20,000 nucleotides of DNA from IMG/VR virus record IMGVR_UViG_3300035670_005636, one strand, 5' to 3'. Of the stretch, positions 16,022-20,000 are shown in pieces. Origin of the DNA: an uncultured virus (IMG/VR IMGVR_UViG_3300035670_005636). Its lineage: Duplodnaviria; Heunggongvirae; Uroviricota; Caudoviricetes. The notes under the pieces were generated by a model that saw nothing but the letters and a program-made list of their open reading frames with translations, did not search any database and was not told the origin of the DNA. The position numbers and the translations under genes were made by a program. Position 1 is the stretch's first letter; the number at the start of each line of letters is the position of its first letter.

Positions 16022-16459
16022 ATGACGCTTGATCAAATACTTGAAGAGTGGCGCAAAGACGCAGAGATTGATTCAACTGAACTCGGTGAAGAATCAATTA
16101 AAATACCACAGCTACATAGTAAATACATGAAGATTTACTTTGAAGAAAGACGCAAACTCAAAGCATATGAGTTTGAGATTAAAGATATATCATTGAAGAA
16201 ACATGAATATTATAATGGTAGAATGTCGCAAGATGAACTAGACGAATTGGAATGGATGCCATTTCAAAAAAGACTTTTAAAGCATGAGGTTGAAATGTAC
16301 ATTGAATCAGACAAAGACATCATCAAACATCATGTAAAGATTGCGAATCAAAAAGAAAAAATGCAACTGCTTGAAGAGATTGTGAAGAATCTGAACCAAA
16401 GAAATTTTCAAATCTCCAACGCAATTAATTGGAAGAAATTCACTCAAGGTGTACAATAA
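16022..16459 (+). CDS. uvsY: Recombination mediator UvsY
   Basis: MTLDQILEEWRKDAEID, ESIKIPQLHSKY, YIESDKDI and RNFQISNAINWKKF motifs. ATG 16022 is preferred over TTG 16010 because GGA lies at 16012-16014. Confidence 0.9.
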   Translation: MTLDQILEEWRKDAEIDSTELGEESIKIPQLHSKYMKIYFEERRKLKAYEFEIKDISLKKHEYYNGRMSQDELDELEWMPFQKRLLKHEVEMYIESDKDIIKHHVKIANQKEKMQLLEEIVKNLNQRNFQISNAINWKKFTQGVQ

Positions 16460-17903
16460 AATAATCATCAAACACTATAACGAAGTCTATGTAAAAATAG
16501 AATGTGAAAGGTCTATGGCAGCGGAGTTGTCTGAGTATTTTACCTTTTATGTCCCAGGCTACAAGTTTATGCCAGCATTTAGAAACAAAATCTGGGACGG
16601 CAAGATTAGATTATTCAATACGCAAGACAATACACTCTATGGTGGCTTGATAGATTATGTAAGAAAGTTTGCAACAGAAAGAGAATATGAAATAGAGATT
16701 CATAATGACTTAGATATAGAAGATAGTCTTTCAGTCAAAGAAGCAACAGATTTTATATCAATGCTTCAGATACCATTTGAAGTGCGAGACTATCAGTTGA
16801 ACTCATTTATTCGCTGTGTGAGAAAACGGAGAGCATTATTGGTTTCACCGACAGCATCAGGCAAATCCCTCATTATCTATTTGCTGACACGTTGGTACAA
16901 CCAAAAAACATTAATCATTGTGCCCACTATATCTCTTGTTGCTCAGTTGACAAAAGACATGCAAGACTACGGAATTCCTAGCGATAAATACATACATCAA
17001 ATCATGGCTGGTGCTGATAAGGACAGCGATAAACAAATTGTAATCTCCACTTGGCAAAGTATCTACACATTACCTAAAGAATGGTTTAGACAATATCAAG
17101 TAATTATCGGTGACGAAGCGCACCAATTCAAAGCAAAGTCTCTTACAACACTGTTATCTAAAATGACACAATGCAAGTATCGCTTTGGATTGACAGGAAC
17201 ACTTGACGGTACTCAGACACATAAACTTGTACTTGAAGGCTTGTTCGGTAAACAATTTTCTGTAACGACAACAAAAGAACTCATTGATTCGGGCAAGTTA
17301 GCAGATTTTAAAATTAAAGCGTTAGTATTGAAGCATAGTGAACATAAAGCTAGAGATGCTAAAAATTATAAGTATCAAGATGAAATTGATTATCTTGTTT
17401 CAAACTACGAAAGAAACAAATTCATAAGAAATCTTGCAGCAAGTTTGAAAGGTAACACATTAGTTTTATTTCAACTTGTAGAAAAACATGGCAAAGTTTT
17501 ATATAGCATGATTGAAGGATTTGTAAAAGATAGAGAGATTTCTTTTGTTCATGGTGGTACAACAGTGAATGATAGAGAACATATCCGACAATTGACGGAA
17601 ACACAAAATAATGCTATAATTGTTGCATCGTACGGAACCTTCTCTACAGGGATTAATATTCGCAATTTACATAACATTATTTTTGCTTCACCCAGTAAGA
17701 GTAAGATCCGAACGTTACAATCAATAGGGCGTGGATTGCGATTAGGAGAAAACAAAGAGACTGCTGTATTGTATGATATAGCGGATGATTTAACATATAA
17801 GAGTAAAAAGAATTTTACAATTCAGCATTTTGCTGAACGTATGAAAATATATGGCGATGAAAAGTTTGCATATAAAATACATACCATAGAACTAAAGGAT
17901 TAA
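16449..17903 (+). CDS. uvsW: SF2 DNA helicase UvsW
   Basis: FYVPGYKFMP...WDGKIRLF, RDYQ, SPTASGKS, GDEAH, GLTGT and QSIGRGLR motifs. Confidence 0.96.
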   Translation: MYNKIIIKHYNEVYVKIECERSMAAELSEYFTFYVPGYKFMPAFRNKIWDGKIRLFNTQDNTLYGGLIDYVRKFATEREYEIEIHNDLDIEDSLSVKEATDFISMLQIPFEVRDYQLNSFIRCVRKRRALLVSPTASGKSLIIYLLTRWYNQKTLIIVPTISLVAQLTKDMQDYGIPSDKYIHQIMAGADKDSDKQIVISTWQSIYTLPKEWFRQYQVIIGDEAHQFKAKSLTTLLSKMTQCKYRFGLTGTLDGTQTHKLVLEGLFGKQFSVTTTKELIDSGKLADFKIKALVLKHSEHKARDAKNYKYQDEIDYLVSNYERNKFIRNLAASLKGNTLVLFQLVEKHGKVLYSMIEGFVKDREISFVHGGTTVNDREHIRQLTETQNNAIIVASYGTFSTGINIRNLHNIIFASPSKSKIRTLQSIGRGLRLGENKETAVLYDIADDLTYKSKKNFTIQHFAERMKIYGDEKFAYKIHTIELKD

Positions 17904-17905
17904 TT

Positions 17906-18274
17906 TTGGAACAACCATTAAGACTTATCAAACTTACAACTGGTGAAAACATCATTGGTGAAATACTCCAAGATACACCTACGCTTGTCATCATCAAGCA
18001 TCCTCTTCGTGCAATGATGATACCAAAAGCAAATGGTATCAATCTTGCATTGCTTAGATGGGATTTTCTCTTTGAGTTTGATTCTGTATCGTTCAATAAA
18101 AGTTCTATCATTGCATTTGGTCAAGTATCTAATGAGATTGAAGAAGCATACACTGAATCAATTCATCGGTATTATAATCGTCAATCAGAAGAATCTGATT
18201 TAGATGATGAAGAGTCTTATATGGATGAACTAGAGAAAGCATTTAGTAGTCTTAAGAGTAAATCTATTCATTGA
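17906..18274 (+). CDS. Hypothetical protein (small beta-barrel/Sm-like N-terminus, acidic tail)
   Basis: LRLIKLTTGENIIGEI pattern typical of the ORF between uvsW and gp55 in T4-like phages; TTG start with SD AAGGA. Confidence 0.7.
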   Translation: MEQPLRLIKLTTGENIIGEILQDTPTLVIIKHPLRAMMIPKANGINLALLRWDFLFEFDSVSFNKSSIIAFGQVSNEIEEAYTESIHRYYNRQSEESDLDDEESYMDELEKAFSSLKSKSIH

Positions 18275-18291
18275 TTACCGCTAACACCGCT

Positions 18292-18320
18292 ATTATATCG
18301 TTGTAGGAAAAATAAGTCAA
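18292..18320 (-). promoter_or_regulatory. Antisense sigma70-type promoter
   Basis: Minus strand reads TTGACT (18320-18315) - 17 bp - TATAAT (18297-18292), an 11/12 consensus match. Confidence 0.65.
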
Positions 18321-18339
18321 GACATTTTGTGGAGTAAAT

Positions 18340-18915
18340 ATGAGTAAAAAGCACTACGTGAACAATGAGAAATTTTTAGAACAAATGAAAGAATTTCGGT
18401 CTAAAGTTCAACATGCAAAAGAAAATGGTCTTCAACGCCCAAGAGTACCAGAATATATTGGTGAGTGCATTTTCAAGATTGCATCACATCTTGCACGAAA
18501 ACCAAATTTTGCAAATTATACATTTAAAGACGATATGATTTCTGATGGTGTAGAGAACTGCCTTCTTTACATTGACAACTTTGATCCAGAAAAATCAAGC
18601 AATCCATTTGCATACTTTACACAAATCATCTACTATGCTTTTCTCCGAAGAATCCAAAAAGAAAAGAAGCAGTTGTATGTCAAGTACAAGTCAATGGAAA
18701 ACGAAGTCATCAATTCACTGATTGAGAATAATGGTGAAGATTTGGTAGCAGGGCATCTAAATGGTATTCTTCATGATAGTTATAGCGAAGAATTCATTAG
18801 AGATTTTATTAACACATTTGAAGATAACAAACGAAGAAAAGTTCGCAAACGCAAGAGCAAACTTGAAGAGTTTATGGAGGACGATGATGCAAACGCCATT
18901 ACCAGTGCAAGTTGA
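18340..18915 (+). CDS. gp55: Late-transcription sigma factor gp55
   Basis: HYVNNEKFL, YIGECIFKIA, PNFANYTFKDDMISDGVENCL and FDPEKSSNPFAYFTQIIYYAFLRRIQKEKKQ motifs. Confidence 0.97.
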   Translation: MSKKHYVNNEKFLEQMKEFRSKVQHAKENGLQRPRVPEYIGECIFKIASHLARKPNFANYTFKDDMISDGVENCLLYIDNFDPEKSSNPFAYFTQIIYYAFLRRIQKEKKQLYVKYKSMENEVINSLIENNGEDLVAGHLNGILHDSYSEEFIRDFINTFEDNKRRKVRKRKSKLEEFMEDDDANAITSAS

Positions 18916-19066
18916 ACACTGGATCAAAATTATTGACAACAAGAAATCGCCGAGTGATTTGAAAGAACAGGCGATGTTGCATTTAAAGAACATCCGTGAT
19001 ACAATTGACAAACATTTAACCAGTGCAAAGTTGAAAAAACGTTATGAAGGTATGTCTACTCGGTGA
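18887..19066 (+). CDS. Small hypothetical protein (~59 aa)
   Basis: Strong SD GGAGG (18876-18880) before ATG 18884/18887; MQTPLPVQVEHWIKII...; overlaps the gp55 end and the gp47 start. Confidence 0.6.
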   Translation: MQTPLPVQVEHWIKIIDNKKSPSDLKEQAMLHLKNIRDTIDKHLTSAKLKKRYEGMSTR

Positions 19067-20000
19067 TACTCATTTCGGAGTTAGAAATGACAGCAAAGTA
19101 TTCCATAATTATTATGAGAAATATTATACCAATTTCTTTTTTCCAAAACTAAAAGAACTTGGTGTCAAACAAATCGTGCAGTTAGGCGATTTGTTTGATA
19201 GAAGAAAGTATATCAATTTTCAAACATTGACTGAGGCTAGAAGATATTTCTTTCAGCCTTTGTACAATAACGATATTGATATGTACACGCTTTTAGGCAA
19301 TCATGATATATTCTGGAAAGAAAGTGTATCAGTCAATTCACCAGAATTGTTATTGTCAGACTACGGTAACATTACCGTAGTAAAAGAACCTACAACCATT
19401 GAACAATGGAATATGGATCTTATACCATGGATATGTAAAGAGAATCAGTCTGACGTTATGAATTTTATCAACGAAAGTAAATCATACGTTTGTTGTGGGC
19501 ACTTTGAATTGTCAGGTTATGCTATGATAAAGAATGTAGCACCACATCATGAAGGATTGTCTGACACAATGCTTGAAAATTATCATAGCGTATACAGTGG
19601 ACACTTTCATACATTTTCACAGAAAAACAATGTGACATATCTTGGTACACCCTATGAACTATATTGGAATGATTATCGTGACCAGAAATACATTGCCATT
19701 TTGGATACAGACACGTATGTAGTGGAATTCATTGAGAATCCATATCGCATGTTCTACAAAGTAAATTATGATGATACCAAAGACTATGGTGAGAATGGAT
19801 TCTTAGGTAATCTTCAGTATACCATGAAAGCGAATAACCTATATAAAGATACTTACGTGAAACTCATAGCAGTAAACAAGACTGACCAAAATCTTTTTGA
19901 TAATGTTGTCAATGCAATTATGAAAACTGAACCAGCAGACTTACAAATTGTAGAAGATTTTACTTCACAAGTAGAGTCAAATGATGATATAATCAATCAA
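19044..20000 (+). CDS. gp47: Recombination endonuclease subunit gp47 (Mre11/SbcD-like), 3'-truncated
   Basis: Not in the ORF track because no stop lies in the window. Translates MKVCLLGDTHFGVRND...QLGDLFDRRK...GNHD...GHFEL...SGHFH...YLGTPYEL, which are metallophosphoesterase motifs; open to the window end. Confidence 0.95.
   Translation, partial: MKVCLLGDTHFGVRNDSKVFHNYYEKYYTNFFFPKLKELGVKQIVQLGDLFDRRKYINFQTLTEARRYFFQPLYNNDIDMYTLLGNHDIFWKESVSVNSPELLLSDYGNITVVKEPTTIEQWNMDLIPWICKENQSDVMNFINESKSYVCCGHFELSGYAMIKNVAPHHEGLSDTMLENYHSVYSGHFHTFSQKNNVTYLGTPYELYWNDYRDQKYIAILDTDTYVVEFIENPYRMFYKVNYDDTKDYGENGFLGNLQYTMKANNLYKDTYVKLIAVNKTDQNLFDNVVNAIMKTEPADLQIVEDFTSQVESNDDIINQ

Noticed and set aside
17815..18124. 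Minus-strand ORFs (98 aa, 68 aa) downstream of the antisense promoter
   Set aside because: They fully overlap well-supported plus-strand genes and have no recognisable motifs; a non-coding antisense transcript is more parsimonious.
18271..18299. Sense sigma70 promoter for gp55 (TTGATT...TATTAT)
   Set aside because: The spacer is only 14 bp; at 16-17 bp the -10 match is poor.
18761..18883. 5' extension of the small ORF to 101 aa as given in the ORF track
   Set aside because: It lies deep inside gp55; the strong GGAGG SD supports a start at 18884/18887.
1..20000. CRISPR array, tRNA, stop-codon reassignment, mobile element
   Set aside because: No spaced repeats, cloverleafs or transposase/integrase seen; genes are full-length under the standard code with high coding density.

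Overview
A 20-kb, AT-rich, single-strand (+) segment of a T4-like (Tevenvirinae/Kyanoviridae-type) myophage, most similar in style to environmental/freshwater non-enteric T4-likes (inference). It covers the late virion module: gp14 (partial), gp15, gp16, gp17, gp18, two tandem gp19, gp20, a 3-gene fibre-like insertion, gp67, head-core genes, gp68, gp21, gp22, gp23 and gp3. The recombination/transcription block follows: uvsY, uvsW, a hypothetical gene, gp55, a small ORF and gp47 (partial). T4 late promoters (TATAAATA and variants), two intrinsic terminators and two sigma70-type promoters are visible. The most notable observations are: (1) a three-hairpin attenuator-like switch before the portal gene, in which the late promoter lies upstream of a terminator and inside a hairpin loop; (2) a collagen/bead-on-string fibre cassette inserted between gp20 and gp67; (3) tandem diverged tail-tube paralogues; (4) a near-consensus antisense sigma70 promoter just upstream of gp55. 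All protein calls rest on recognised motifs and synteny, not database searches.
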